This document shows, in pieces, positions 1 to 11,075 of a DNA stretch of 64,000 nucleotides. A program made the translations under genes and the position numbers. Position 1 is the stretch's first letter, and each line of letters starts with the position of its first letter. The notes under the pieces were generated by a model, which was given only the letters and a program-made list of their open reading frames with translations, searched no databases and had not been told where the DNA came from. The DNA is from Paraphysomonas bandaiensis (taxonomy: Eukaryota; Protista; Chrysophyceae): the NCBI GenBank assembly GCA_965644295.1, contig CBFFRP010000114.1, positions 1-64,000 of the forward strand, given 5' to 3'.

Positions 1-19
1 ATAAGTACAACACTCAATT

Positions 20-89
20 GAGGGGGAGTGTTGAGATCTGAAGATTCTATATACTTGCAATTGAGTGCAGTATTATGTGAGATGCAAGG
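20..89 (+). mobile_element. Copia-type PPT and start of a 3' LTR, interrupted by the Gypsy insertion
   Basis: GAGGGGGAG (20-28) is followed directly by TGTTG at 29, the typical Copia PPT/LTR junction; the sequence is broken at the AAGG target site 86-89. Confidence 0.7.
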
Positions 90-1279
90 TGTAAAGCCGT
101 GGGCTTTTATAACACCCTTTAACACGTTTAATGACATCATCATAATAATATTGATAACTATATTAATGCAATAACGATATGATAACATAATATGTAGGGT
201 ATATGTAGCTTGTTTTGTATAAGATTGGTGACAACAAGAGATACAGATTATTATTACGAGGGCAAGACGACAGACAACTAGGATTTACCCTCGAACACAC
301 GTTTTCTTTGGTCTACGCGATAGCTACCCGTTGGTTTACGCCTATATCCATACGGTAGTCGGTGTCATAGCGTTTTGAGTTAGGAAGCATTGATTGGTAC
401 CGCATGTGCGATATTCGTAGTCCATTCATCATTATGAGAAGCTTTCTGATGGTTTTGAACAGCTCTATGTGCTTGCTCATCGTTCCGGACTATGATATAC
501 GATTATTTTCCCATTATCACACACCATCGATTTTCTCCGGAATGGGGAGGAATTCGTAAGGTGCCATTGGACGCAGATGCAGAGGTGTCATGGGCATGTT
601 AGTGATCTGAATATGAGTGTATTTGTATGGTCCAGTCTAAAGTACACACTCTTGCAAGGAAATGATATTTAACCGTTCGATTGTAAGCTTTTGAACCCGA
701 TTGCATTTTGTCGGTATTATGCATGAGTTGGCGATTGTGTATTTCACGTTGTCATGAAATGTGCTTGCAATTTTTGTGGATTCGAATATTGTCATTTTGG
801 GTGTTTGTGGCTCGAAAATCGGCGATTTTCTGCAATTCTCAAAAATTGGGGATTTTTGGGGTTTTGGGACTCAAAAATCGGAGGTTTTTGGAAAGGACCT
901 ATTTAGGCGTATTTCAGGGCGTTTTTGACTATAAACGATGTAGGATATGAATCGTATGTAGTGTAGTACATGTATGAGCATATTGTACGGTTGTGGTTGC
1001 ATTCAATGTCCTGTGTATGAGGAGGAGTCTTTAGACTAGGGGTCTGTCTTTTGTTTCGCTTGTAACTTAGTTTTAATAATAATTCTCTATGAAATTAACA
1101 TAGTTGGTTGACTGATCTGTCTATTGGGAGCTTTAGATTGCAGGATACTTGGGAGCTCGTATCTCTGGCTGTTGGTTTCTTAAAGAGTTATTATTATAGC
1201 ATTCTGTTTTGTTGTTTCGATAAACAACCATTTCATATCTTTTCAGTGATCTTAGGTTGCAAGACCTGAGTTGTTCATA
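90..1279 (+). repeat. 5' LTR of Gypsy element
   Basis: TGTAAAGCCG...GTTGTTCATA; direct repeat of 6788-7977 (offset 6698). Confidence 0.95.
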
Positions 1280-1347
1280 GTAAATTTACTCACGGTAAAA
1301 CACGTAAGTGAAGATATCATTATTGTAGATTATAGATATATATCGAA

Positions 1348-2811
1348 ATGTCTGATTCGGAGGGTCCTGTTGGTTCATCTGAGTTAGATGAAGTTAAGGA
1401 AATGTTACGGGGAATTGCTCTCAATTTGGAGAACGTCACTAAGTTGTGTGTAGCAACTGCCAGTAGGGTAGATAATCTGGAGTCCAGAATGTCTATTAAT
1501 GAAGAAGTTTTAGTTAATGAGCTGGAGGAAGCTCAGAAGGAAGTAGATGAGGCCATCCGTGACCAGCGTGAAGAGCAGCAGGGACATACCAGAGAGAGTG
1601 GCAGGGCTGCCGACGACAAAGGCAAGAAGAAAGAGCGAAGGACATCTGTATTCATGAGGGAGGCTGAGTCTTCAGAGGGAATGGAGGTTCCAAAGCATGT
1701 CATCATCAATGTTGAAAAGCCATCCCATAAGCATATTTTTCTGGATTCGATGGAGCTTAGTGATTTTACAAAGTTTATCATCCAATGGTTTGAATATGAA
1801 CAGATCAATGGGATTAAGCTTGAGCCAGCCCAGATAGTTAGCAGGCGTGTTCGGAACCTGCTTATGTTCAACAATAGCTTGACGGATAAAATGTTTGTTA
1901 AGTTGAGTGCTCAGAAATTCTGTGAGCTGATGGCTAAGGAGACCAAGGTGTTGTCCAAAGTAGAGTTCATTGAGACTTTGGGGTACGCGCTGAGATATTT
2001 TAAGCCACTGGATTGGAAATCAGTGCGGCCGAATACACATGAGCTGTTTTTTCAAGAGATTTTGAAGCGAAAGAGTATTTTTATGCGTACGTTTACTATC
2101 ATGATGGAGGCCAATAGTACTAAGTGTCCGCCGGTTGGAGGAAAAGAGTTTGGATCGGCTCAAGTATTTTTGGAGTTGATCGACGAGTCTTACAACAAAC
2201 GAGTTCTGGCTGAGATTCCAAGGGTGACGGATACTAATTATGGTAATGTTGAAGAGTTTCTGGATACATACGTTTCCAAGGCGAGTGAGCATTATGAGGC
2301 GTCCAAGAACATCAGATTGGTGCCTTATGAAGGGTCCGATTTCAGTAGGAAGCAAATTCAAAGGAGTTCGAGGAATCGGGACAATGGATACGTTGCAAAG
2401 GAGAAACCGAAATCTTTAAACAACGTGCAGTTTGCGGACCGAGTTGAGGATGATTTCTACAGTGATTTAGATGACAAGGAGGTTGACCCGATAGTTGTGG
2501 TCAAGGATGACGGGATGTCAGATGATGATTTCGAGAATGAGGTTGAGGAGATGTTGCTCGGCGAACCAGAGTCTGATAAGGAAGCTATAGAACAGGTGAT
2601 GAACCTAGAGAAGACTGTTAATCCAACCCGTGGTTGCGTTGCGTATGCGTTGTATGGGAACTGCTACAAAGGGAAGGAATGTAAGCATGTCCAGGGTCAT
2701 AATGGAGCAGTTGCAACGGAAACCCGGAAATGGATGATGAAGAAGCTGTCTCAGATGATGGCAGATGATTCCAAAGGGCCGCGAAGATTTTGCCGAGGCC
2801 TGGTGGAGTGA
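1348..2811 (+). CDS. gag: Gag (N-terminal coiled coil, acidic tail, CCCH-like finger)
   Basis: 487-aa ORF directly after the 5' LTR and upstream of the protease; C-x8-C-x5-C-x5-H near the C-terminus. Confidence 0.85.
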   Translation: MSDSEGPVGSSELDEVKEMLRGIALNLENVTKLCVATASRVDNLESRMSINEEVLVNELEEAQKEVDEAIRDQREEQQGHTRESGRAADDKGKKKERRTSVFMREAESSEGMEVPKHVIINVEKPSHKHIFLDSMELSDFTKFIIQWFEYEQINGIKLEPAQIVSRRVRNLLMFNNSLTDKMFVKLSAQKFCELMAKETKVLSKVEFIETLGYALRYFKPLDWKSVRPNTHELFFQEILKRKSIFMRTFTIMMEANSTKCPPVGGKEFGSAQVFLELIDESYNKRVLAEIPRVTDTNYGNVEEFLDTYVSKASEHYEASKNIRLVPYEGSDFSRKQIQRSSRNRDNGYVAKEKPKSLNNVQFADRVEDDFYSDLDDKEVDPIVVVKDDGMSDDDFENEVEEMLLGEPESDKEAIEQVMNLEKTVNPTRGCVAYALYGNCYKGKECKHVQGHNGAVATETRKWMMKKLSQMMADDSKGPRRFCRGLVE

Positions 2812-2819
2812 CTTGACAA

Positions 2820-3122
2820 ATGTGCGAGGCTAATGGTTCGCAGGATCACGAAGAAATATTGTACGGTTTGAATGATCCTGAGACTGTTAGTCGAGTTTTC
2901 CTCAGAAATTTGATGAATGTCTGTAATACGCGAGAACGAAAAGACTTGACATTGGCTCATTCTGGGGGAAGCATTGTATGTGATGATAACTATATAATAT
3001 CTGTGCGTGGAATATTGTTCGACACTGGAGCCCTAACATCTAACTTCATTTCCAAGGATTTGTTTGAGACGTTTAGAAATCATGTGTGTGAAAACAAAGT
3101 CATAAAAAAGAAACAGTTATAG
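2820..3122 (+). CDS. Aspartic protease N-terminal half, joined to Pol by a -1 frameshift
   Basis: ILFDTGALTSNFIS retropepsin motif; the -1 frame after the A-run at ~3103-3110 continues as ETVIGFADKTSR into the pol ORF. Confidence 0.8.
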   Translation: MCEANGSQDHEEILYGLNDPETVSRVFLRNLMNVCNTRERKDLTLAHSGGSIVCDDNYIISVRGILFDTGALTSNFISKDLFETFRNHVCENKVIKKKQL

Positions 3123-3145
3123 GATTTGCCGATAAAACGTCGAGA

Positions 3146-6100
3146 ATGAAGTGTAGTTTTGTAGTGAAATTAAAATTGAGGTTTGAGAGAGAAGACTCCA
3201 AGGGAGAGTTCGTGTTATATGACGGGGATTTCATTGTTGCTGATATGGGTAGCAACGATATTATTATTGGACTTCCGGCTATCGTTAAGGATCTATGGGA
3301 TTATTTTCTATTTATGCTTAAAGGAAGGACTATTGAACGAATTGAATCAGAAGTAAGTTTTATTAAAAGGCGTGAGGACGATGTTACCGAGGATGATTTG
3401 TTGTTGAATGCGGTTGAAGAATTATTGCAGCCGTGGTGTGACAGTAGTAGGGAGGTAGCACCTGAAGAATTGGATGTTCCGGACCCTTCGCAGTTCGGAT
3501 TTGCCTCAAGTTTTCTTGGAAAGACTAGAGAGGAAGCTTTGAGCGAGTTCGAGGATATGTTTGGTGAGCACGTGTCTCCAGAGTTCTCAGCAGCGCGACC
3601 GGTGCTGGAGTTATTGAGGACTAAGGGAGTAGAGGTATTTGTTCCAGAGCGGTGGGAAGGTATAAAAGGAGTGGATCCGTTGAACATCAAGTTCGCTGAG
3701 AATTTGCCTCCTAGGATCAAGCCGAAGGCAAGACCCGTAAATCCTAGATTATATGAGGATGCGGAGAAGGAGTTTAGGAGACTGTGTGGTTACATCTATG
3801 TTCCTAGTAGGTCGCCATGGGCTTCTTGTTTGGTGATCGCGCCAAAAGCCACGAAACCTTTTATTAGGATTTGTGGGGATTACGTGCAAATCAACAAGTA
3901 CATTCCAAGTCCACACTATACAGTTCCTAATGTAAGACATGAGTTGGATCGTATTATTGGCTATAAGATATTTATGGACATTGACCTCACGAATGCGTTC
4001 CATCAGATCAGGTTGCATGAGAACACATCTGAAAAATTGTCAGTTCAAACACCGTGGGGCCAATTTCAGCCTTTATTCCTTCCGGAGGGAGTGTCTCCAG
4101 GGATTAGTGTGTTGCAAGAAGCGGTAGTCAAATTGTTTGGAGATCTGGAATGGGCGCTGTGTATATTTGATAATGTTCTGTTATTGGCACATGATTTTGA
4201 TGATGCGTATAAGAAGCTGGAGATTTTCCTGGATAGATGCATTGAACATGGAGTTGTGTTGAAATTTGCAAAGACCTGGTTAGGATTTAGGGAGATCAAG
4301 TTTTTTGGCTATTTGGTAAGGCACAATAGTTTCGAGCTCACGGACGATAGGAAAGAGGCTTTATTGAAGATTCCTTTTCCAGAGAATGGAAATAGATGTA
4401 AGAAGATTAGATCTTTGTTGGGTCTGGGAGTATTCTTTGCTCCATTTGTTCAGAATTACTCAGATTTGGTTAAACATCTTACGGATATGACTAAGAGTAG
4501 TTTTAATTGGGAAGAAACGACATGGCAGCACGATTATAGGCAGGAGTTTGAAAACTATAAGAGTGGTTTGCAACAGTCTTGTGCTTTGTTTTATCCGAAT
4601 TATGATCTTGAGTGGACACTTAGGACAGATGCTAGTGACTATGGAGTGGCAGGCATTCTTTTCCAGACTGTTGAGGGAACTGGGTCTAGTCCGATTCAAC
4701 AGCAAACTATTGCTATCTGTTCCAAGAAATTGTCAGAGCAAGCCTTGAAGTGGTGTACTATTGAGAAGGAGGGTTTTGGTATATTCTATTCAGTCAAGAA
4801 ATTTTCGTTTTATTTGAGAGGAAAGAAATTTACAATCGAGACGGACCACAACAACCTTGTGTGGATGGAGGCATCAGAAGTTGCGAAGATAATTCGATGG
4901 AGAATTTATTTGCAGGATTTTGACTTTTTGATTCGTCATATCCCAGGGAAGAACAATGTGGTTGCGGATTGCTTGTCAAGATTGCTGTATTTGTCCGGAT
5001 TTGTGGACGAAAGTGACGATTTCGACTCAGATGAAGTGAACTTCGTGACACTGCATAACATCTTTGAAAAAGATGATTTTGAGGACGACGTTCAAGAGAT
5101 CGCGCCGCCTACGGAGGTACAGAGGATAGATTATTATCAGGCTATCAAAGAGGTTCACAACGCGCAAGCAGGACACTGGGGTGCGAAAGAGACGTGGAAG
5201 CGTCTGTGTAAGCAATTTCCGGGACACGGCGTGCCTTTCAAGGTGGTTGCAGACTTCGTGGACGAATGTATCAACTGTCAGAAGAATAGGCGAGAGCTGA
5301 AGCAGCGATTGATTCCTATTACTAGACATTTAAAACCGCCTCATTCCAGGAGTGCTTTGGGAATTGACGCGGTTGCTATTACACCTGTTTCAAAATCTGG
5401 TTACACGCATATTGTGGTCATGGTTAATTTGTTTACGAAATTGGTGTACCTATATGCGGTGAAAGGAATGACAGCTATCAATTTAGCTACAGCAGTGTGG
5501 AAGTGCTGGTGTACATACGGGCTCACGGATATGATTATATCAGATATGGGTCCTGATCTCAAATCAGAACTTTTTGCAGAACTGGTTAAGTTGTCAGGAC
5601 TTCGTCATGTTTTTAGTATTGCCAACAGGCACGTCAACGGATGTGAGCGTATTATTAAGGAAGTGGTTCGTCACATCCGGGCTATTTGTTTTGATAAGAG
5701 AATCGAAGCTGATGCTGTTTTAGAGGACGAACTGTTACTTGCTTCTATCATGTTCATTCTGAATACCCACGAGAGTAGTGAGACGGGGTATTCTGCATTC
5801 GAACTGACGTTTGGGTCCCAGGATTCCATTTATAAGAATCTTCTGGCCGCCCAGGGGAGAGACAATGATCCGTCTCATCAGCTGTTGAAAAGGCTGAACG
5901 ACTACTTAGCTCTAGTTCGCCAGATATCAGCAGATTACCAGAAGTCTCTAGTTGAGAAACGAGCGGAAGCGGGTTTGGATCCTGCCAAACAAAACCAGTA
6001 TTGTCCCGGCGATTTTGTTATGTTCGACGCTGGTGCTAAACCACATCCGAAATTATCCTCGAGGATGAAGGGTCCTTTCGAAGTGGTACGGCAATACAAG

Positions 6101-6757
6101 AATGATGTTCAAATTCGAAATCTTCTTACCGGGGGAATTCGGGAATACTCTGTCTCTGATCTTGAGCCATTTTTCGGAGATAAGGAATCGGCTATTGAGG
6201 CGGCGATGCGAGACCATGAACAATTTAAGGTGGAGGAGATTCTTTCATATACGGGAGATTCACGAACCAAATCTACGATGGTCTTCAAAGTGAAGTATGC
6301 GGACGGCGATATCTTGGACATTCCATGGACACCGGATATTCAGTGTGAGGCATATTACGATTTTTGTGAGTCTAGGCCTTACTTGCGACACCTCGCGTAC
6401 GACTCGTTTACGGCGAAGCGTTTTATCTCTTCAATGAGGAAGGAGAATATCACAACAGTTTCGGTTGGAGATACTGTCTATGTTGACCTCAGGTTCTATG
6501 GTGACCTGTGGTACGAGAGTCTTGGTTTACCGGATTATGCCACGGCCGCGTATGTCATGGAATTCACGTACACCCATTGGTATCACAAGAATTCCAAACG
6601 CAAGATTAGCGCCCGTTTTAATCTCAACGGTTCCAACTATGCCTTCGACAACTATTTGGTCTATTGTTGGGGGTCCCAGAAGGATTTTGACCCTGCTCGC
6701 ATGATTTTGGTTGATGCGTCGCTCGCTGCGGCTTATCCCAAAATTATTCAGGAGTAG
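3146..6757 (+). CDS. pol: Pol: protease C-half, RT, RNase H, integrase, GPF motif, chromodomain, extra C-terminal domain
   Basis: SPWAS, RICGDY, DIDLTNAFHQ, IFDN, LRTDASDYG, TDHNNL, NVVADCLSR, H..H..CINC, GIDAV/ISDMG/NGCER, KGPFEV, FKVEEIL..FKVKY..W. Confidence 0.95.
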   Translation: MKCSFVVKLKLRFEREDSKGEFVLYDGDFIVADMGSNDIIIGLPAIVKDLWDYFLFMLKGRTIERIESEVSFIKRREDDVTEDDLLLNAVEELLQPWCDSSREVAPEELDVPDPSQFGFASSFLGKTREEALSEFEDMFGEHVSPEFSAARPVLELLRTKGVEVFVPERWEGIKGVDPLNIKFAENLPPRIKPKARPVNPRLYEDAEKEFRRLCGYIYVPSRSPWASCLVIAPKATKPFIRICGDYVQINKYIPSPHYTVPNVRHELDRIIGYKIFMDIDLTNAFHQIRLHENTSEKLSVQTPWGQFQPLFLPEGVSPGISVLQEAVVKLFGDLEWALCIFDNVLLLAHDFDDAYKKLEIFLDRCIEHGVVLKFAKTWLGFREIKFFGYLVRHNSFELTDDRKEALLKIPFPENGNRCKKIRSLLGLGVFFAPFVQNYSDLVKHLTDMTKSSFNWEETTWQHDYRQEFENYKSGLQQSCALFYPNYDLEWTLRTDASDYGVAGILFQTVEGTGSSPIQQQTIAICSKKLSEQALKWCTIEKEGFGIFYSVKKFSFYLRGKKFTIETDHNNLVWMEASEVAKIIRWRIYLQDFDFLIRHIPGKNNVVADCLSRLLYLSGFVDESDDFDSDEVNFVTLHNIFEKDDFEDDVQEIAPPTEVQRIDYYQAIKEVHNAQAGHWGAKETWKRLCKQFPGHGVPFKVVADFVDECINCQKNRRELKQRLIPITRHLKPPHSRSALGIDAVAITPVSKSGYTHIVVMVNLFTKLVYLYAVKGMTAINLATAVWKCWCTYGLTDMIISDMGPDLKSELFAELVKLSGLRHVFSIANRHVNGCERIIKEVVRHIRAICFDKRIEADAVLEDELLLASIMFILNTHESSETGYSAFELTFGSQDSIYKNLLAAQGRDNDPSHQLLKRLNDYLALVRQISADYQKSLVEKRAEAGLDPAKQNQYCPGDFVMFDAGAKPHPKLSSRMKGPFEVVRQYKNDVQIRNLLTGGIREYSVSDLEPFFGDKESAIEAAMRDHEQFKVEEILSYTGDSRTKSTMVFKVKYADGDILDIPWTPDIQCEAYYDFCESRPYLRHLAYDSFTAKRFISSMRKENITTVSVGDTVYVDLRFYGDLWYESLGLPDYATAAYVMEFTYTHWYHKNSKRKISARFNLNGSNYAFDNYLVYCWGSQKDFDPARMILVDASLAAAYPKIIQE

Positions 6758-6768
6758 CTACGGCATCC

Positions 6769-6784
6769 GGGGGGGGAGAAAGGG
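6769..6784 (+). other. Polypurine tract of Gypsy element
   Basis: GGGGGGGGAGAAAGGG lies 3 nt before the 3' LTR. Confidence 0.9.
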
Positions 6785-6787
6785 TAA

Positions 6788-7977
6788 TGTAAAGCCGTGG
6801 GCTTTTATAGCACCCTTTAACACGTTTAATGACATCATCATAATAATATTGATAACTATATTAATGCAATAACGATATGATAACATAATATGTAGGGTAT
6901 ATGTAGCTTGTTTTGTATAAGATTGGTGACAACAAGAGATACAGATTATTATTACGAGGGCAAGACGACAGACAACTAGGATTTACCCTCGAACACACGT
7001 TTTCTTTGGTCTACGCGATAGCTACCCGTTGGTTTACGCCTATATCCATACGGTAGTCGGTGTCATAGCGTTTTGAGTTAGGAAGCATTGATTGGTACCG
7101 CATGTGCGATATTCGTAGTCCATTCATCATTATGAGAAGCTTTCTGATGGTTTTGAACAGCTCTATGTGCTTGATCATTGTTCCGGACTATGATATACGA
7201 TTATTTTCCCATTATCACACACCATCGATTTTCTCCGGAATGGGGAGGAATTCGTAAGGTGCCATTGGACGCAGATGCAGAGGTGTCATGGGCATGTTAG
7301 TGATCTGAATATGAGTGTATTTGTATGGTCCAGTCTAAAGTACACACTCTTGCAAGGAAATGATATTTAACCGTTCGATTGTAAGCTTTTGAACCCGATT
7401 GCATTTTGTCGGTATTATGCATGAGTTGGCGATTGTGTATTTCACGTTGTCATGAAATGTGCTTGCAATTTTTGTGGATTCGAATATTGTCATTTTGGGT
7501 GTTTGTGGCTCGAAAATCGGCGATTTTCTGCAATTCTCAAAAATTGGGGATTTTTGGGGTTTTGGGACTCAAAAATCGGAGGTTTTTGGAAAGGACCTAT
7601 TTAGGCGTATTTCAGGGCGTTTTTGACTATAAACGATGTAGGATATGAATCGTATGTAGTGTAGTACATGTATGAGCATATTGTACGGTTGTGGTTGCAT
7701 TCAATGTCCTGTGTATGAGGAGGAGTCTTTAGACTAGGGGTCTGTCTTTTGTTTCGCTTGTAACTTAGTTTTAATAATAATTCTCTATGAAATTAACATA
7801 GTTGGTTGACTGATCTGTCTATTGGGAGCTTTAGATTGCAGGATACTTGGGAGCTCGTATCTCTGGCTGTTGGTTTCTTAAAGAGTTATTATTATAGCAT
7901 TCTGTTTTGTTGTTTCGATAAACAACCATTTCATATCTTTTCAGTGATCTTAGGTTGCAAGACCTGAGTTGTTCATA
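6788..7977 (+). repeat. 3' LTR of Gypsy element
   Basis: Near-identical to 90-1279. Confidence 0.95.
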
Positions 7978-7981
7978 AAGG

Positions 7982-8126
7982 ATCGAAAGATATATATGTA
8001 ATTAGTACATTATATTATGTAGTATGAAACTGAAGTAGAAGTGGATGACTATACAGGATACGATCACTGAGTGGGTGGTTTGTACACTATAGTAGTAAAT
8101 GAATGGTGTTGAACACATCGAACACA
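7982..8126 (+). mobile_element. Probable remainder of the interrupted Copia LTR
   Basis: Follows the TSD and ends in TTGAACA/CGAACACA, resembling the inverted LTR end; right boundary uncertain. Confidence 0.45.
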
Positions 8127-8429
8127 ACTTAGGTTCTTTATCATGTAATGTTTATAATTTCATCTTATCAGTTGAGAATAGTAAACCTTAGCAAATAATG
8201 TCAACTTCTGTTATGTTTCTCTAAATGTTGCATCCTTGAAATACTGAAGTCTTCTTTTGGTAATGTAAGATTTTTCATATCTATATAATAGTATTATATT
8301 TTATTTTTTAAATTGATTTATATATTTTTTATATATTTTTTAAAACTATTTTGTATATTGTTTGTTGCGTGTAGTTTGTTTAATCTTCTTTTCATTTCCT
8401 TTACAACACCAACATCAACACCATCACCA

Positions 8430-8515
8430 CTACTACACCATTACCACTTGTGTTACTACACCATCACCATTACTACACCATTACCACTTGTGTTACTACA
8501 CCATTACCACTTGCG
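8430..8515. repeat. Short minisatellite (TTACTACACCATTACCACTTGTG-like)
   Basis: 3-4 imperfect tandem copies. Confidence 0.7.
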
Positions 8516-9492
8516 TTATGGCACTGGCTTTTTATAACTTTTTCTACTTTTCATGAAAGCCATAATGCTAGAAAGTCAGTCATACTTTAAGTATAGTTTT
8601 TTCATGCTGGATAGATTGGGTAGATTTTTTAATTTCCAAGCTTTTTTTTATTTATTTTTTATCTTTTAAAAATATTATCCATTTTATCCAAGTTGTCATC
8701 TTGTTACTTTTTGGGTGTATAAAATGGATAACTTAATAATATTATTATTTAAAGTATAGTATTATTAATATTATTATATAAGCTATAATTATTATATTTA
8801 AAGATAGAGTGAAAAGGAAGAGTAATAAAACGAATGTTTTATTACAATAGGAGAGCCCTTCTGGCTCAGGAAGAATGCCCAAGCGGCAAGAGCGTCCCTC
8901 GGCCCTCCGCCTCGCTGTGTGTAAGACTTTAATCTTATACAAGCACGTGTACTATATGCCATAGAGTATGCAGGTGATAAGAGTGTGATGATGGATATAG
9001 ATGGTAATACACATACATATAGAGATAGCAGAAGGTATGGATGAATGTAAATACACTATATTGATATCTAATTCCTTCTATATCTGCAGCTAGAGAAGAA
9101 CCAATACCAACGCAGCATACAGTGTTATAAGTGTGAAGTGTAGTATGTATGCAATGATATATAAGATGTATAATGTATGTCATATATGTGTGGTGTGAGT
9201 GATGTATTGTGAATGTAATATGGATACAGTACGCCATGTATGAGGTGTGAGTGTGTGGTGTAGGTGATACATGCATAGCACTACTTCAATACAAATGCCA
9301 TGATAATAATAAGCAGTGCAATCACATAGTGTAGTGTACATACAAGCATAAATGTAACATAGTATGCACAAAATACAACATATCACCACTGGTGTGAGTC
9401 ACACTCATTCTCGACGTCCGTAGTCCATTATATGCCCGCTAGAGAATAGAGAGTACGATGGAATAATAGTTGAACGCCACAGCGTTACAGTC

Positions 9493-10107
9493 CAACAGGA
9501 TCTACAGAATCGAACTACGATGCTAAATCAATCTCAATACATACGAGATCTACTCCACAGATTCAACATGCAAGATTGTAAACCACGTAGTCACCCCATG
9601 ACAACAAATTTCCATATAGACATTCTCGAAAAGAAACAACTATCCCAAGAAAATCAAGAATTTGTCAGAAATTTTCCTTACAAGGAGCTCATAGGTTCAC
9701 TTATGTATATTGCTGTGTGCACTAGACCTGATATTGCATATGCTGTAAACACCCTTGCTCGTTTCAGTACTAACCCAAATCTAACTACATGCCTAAACCC
9801 CGTACACCACCGACGAACAAAACATATTGCCATCAGATATCACTTCATAAGAGAACAAGTCGCATCGCACTCTATTATTGTTGATTACATGCCTACAAAC
9901 GAGATCCTGGCTGGCATTCTAACTAAACCTCTCACATCAAACACGTTCCACAGATTGCGGGATTCACTAATGGGGGGGGGAGGCATCAACATACCGCTAG
10001 CAATAAAAGAACAAAGTATCTATCCCACCGGCAGAAAACTCAACCAAGCGACCACGATGGATGACTTAGAGATCTACGAAGTTTCCCACGAGTATGCTGT
10101 ATGTTGA
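9493..10107 (+). pseudogene. Copia RT C-terminus/RNase H remnant with internal deletion
   Basis: LNQSQYI, PYKELIGSLMY..TRPDIAYAV fused directly to NPVHHRRTKHIAIRYHFIRE..LTKPL; the N-terminal RNase H (DADW) is missing. Confidence 0.9.
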
Positions 10108-10234
10108 CATCAGTGTAATCCACAATCTGTGATTGCACTCGTGGGTTTTACCCTCAGTAGAACTTTCTCCAAATATATACACCTAAATTCACATATCTAT
10201 GTATACGTCATATGATTATTTCATTGAGGGGGAG

Positions 10235-10442
10235 TATTAGGAGTCATTGATTCACGTATATCCCTTAACGCGTGAATACAACACACGTATACAATGAAAT
10301 ACCAAATAGACTGAATAATTACCAAACTATACATGATACGCGACTGTACAAGATACGCACATATGTGTGGTGCTAACGCTCTGCTCAAACGTGTCTTGCT
10401 ATTATACTATTAGGCCTTATCGTTCAATCTTTATCTCTAATA
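10235..10442 (+). repeat. Probable 3' LTR of the Copia remnant (TATTAG...CTAATA)
   Basis: Preceded by PPT TTGAGGGGGAG (10224-10234); 6-bp terminal inverted repeat. Confidence 0.6.
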
Positions 10443-11075
10443 ATATCAAGTATATCCTTGCTAAATATCAAGACTAACCTTAAATCTTATTTTTGCAGTT
10501 TATGGACATTAGTGTGATATCGTTTGAATGGCGATAGTGGCCAAACGGTAAAAAAATGCCGAAATATATAGTGTTCGTAAATCGTGATATTCCAGATATC
10601 ATAAATATATGGTCGAACTAATCCGATTTTCCGAACATTTTATTGTTCGGCAAGCCCGTTATACGGTGATCCAAATATTCGTAAAAGTGGGATATTTATA
10701 TATTATATTATATTCATAAACCAATTAATAAAACTAATAACCTTGTTCAGGTTTTATATAAGTGCCGTGTTGGTCATCATATTCCTTTAATAGCTTTTTT
10801 CGTCCTTCAAAAGCTTTAGTTTTTTCAAGTTGCTCACTTGGTAAGTTTCTATTAATTGGATTAATCGAACTCACTCACTTACCCCACTCATATACGTCTC
10901 CACCCAACAACTACCCTACAACCATGTACTAACCGTAGGCAGGATACACTCACCCCTGATATAGAGGTTATAGAGGACATTATACAGATATGTCACACTA
11001 TACTATCAAACATATCATACCATATAACCACATAACCATCACACATACCTCTGCAGCAGCTTCCTCTTGCTGCCT

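Larger units (their letters stand above)
90..7977 (+). mobile_element. Full-length Ty3/Gypsy LTR retrotransposon with chromodomain (chromovirus-like), recent insertion
   Basis: Two 1190-bp LTRs with about 3 substitutions seen by eye; AAGG duplicated at 86-89 and 7978-7981; domain order Gag-PR-RT-RH-INT-chromo; PPT before the 3' LTR. Confidence 0.97.

Noticed and set aside
708-950. 80-aa ORF repeated at 7406-7648
   Set aside because: It lies in the LTRs, starts at TTG and has no domain; the duplication just reflects LTR identity.
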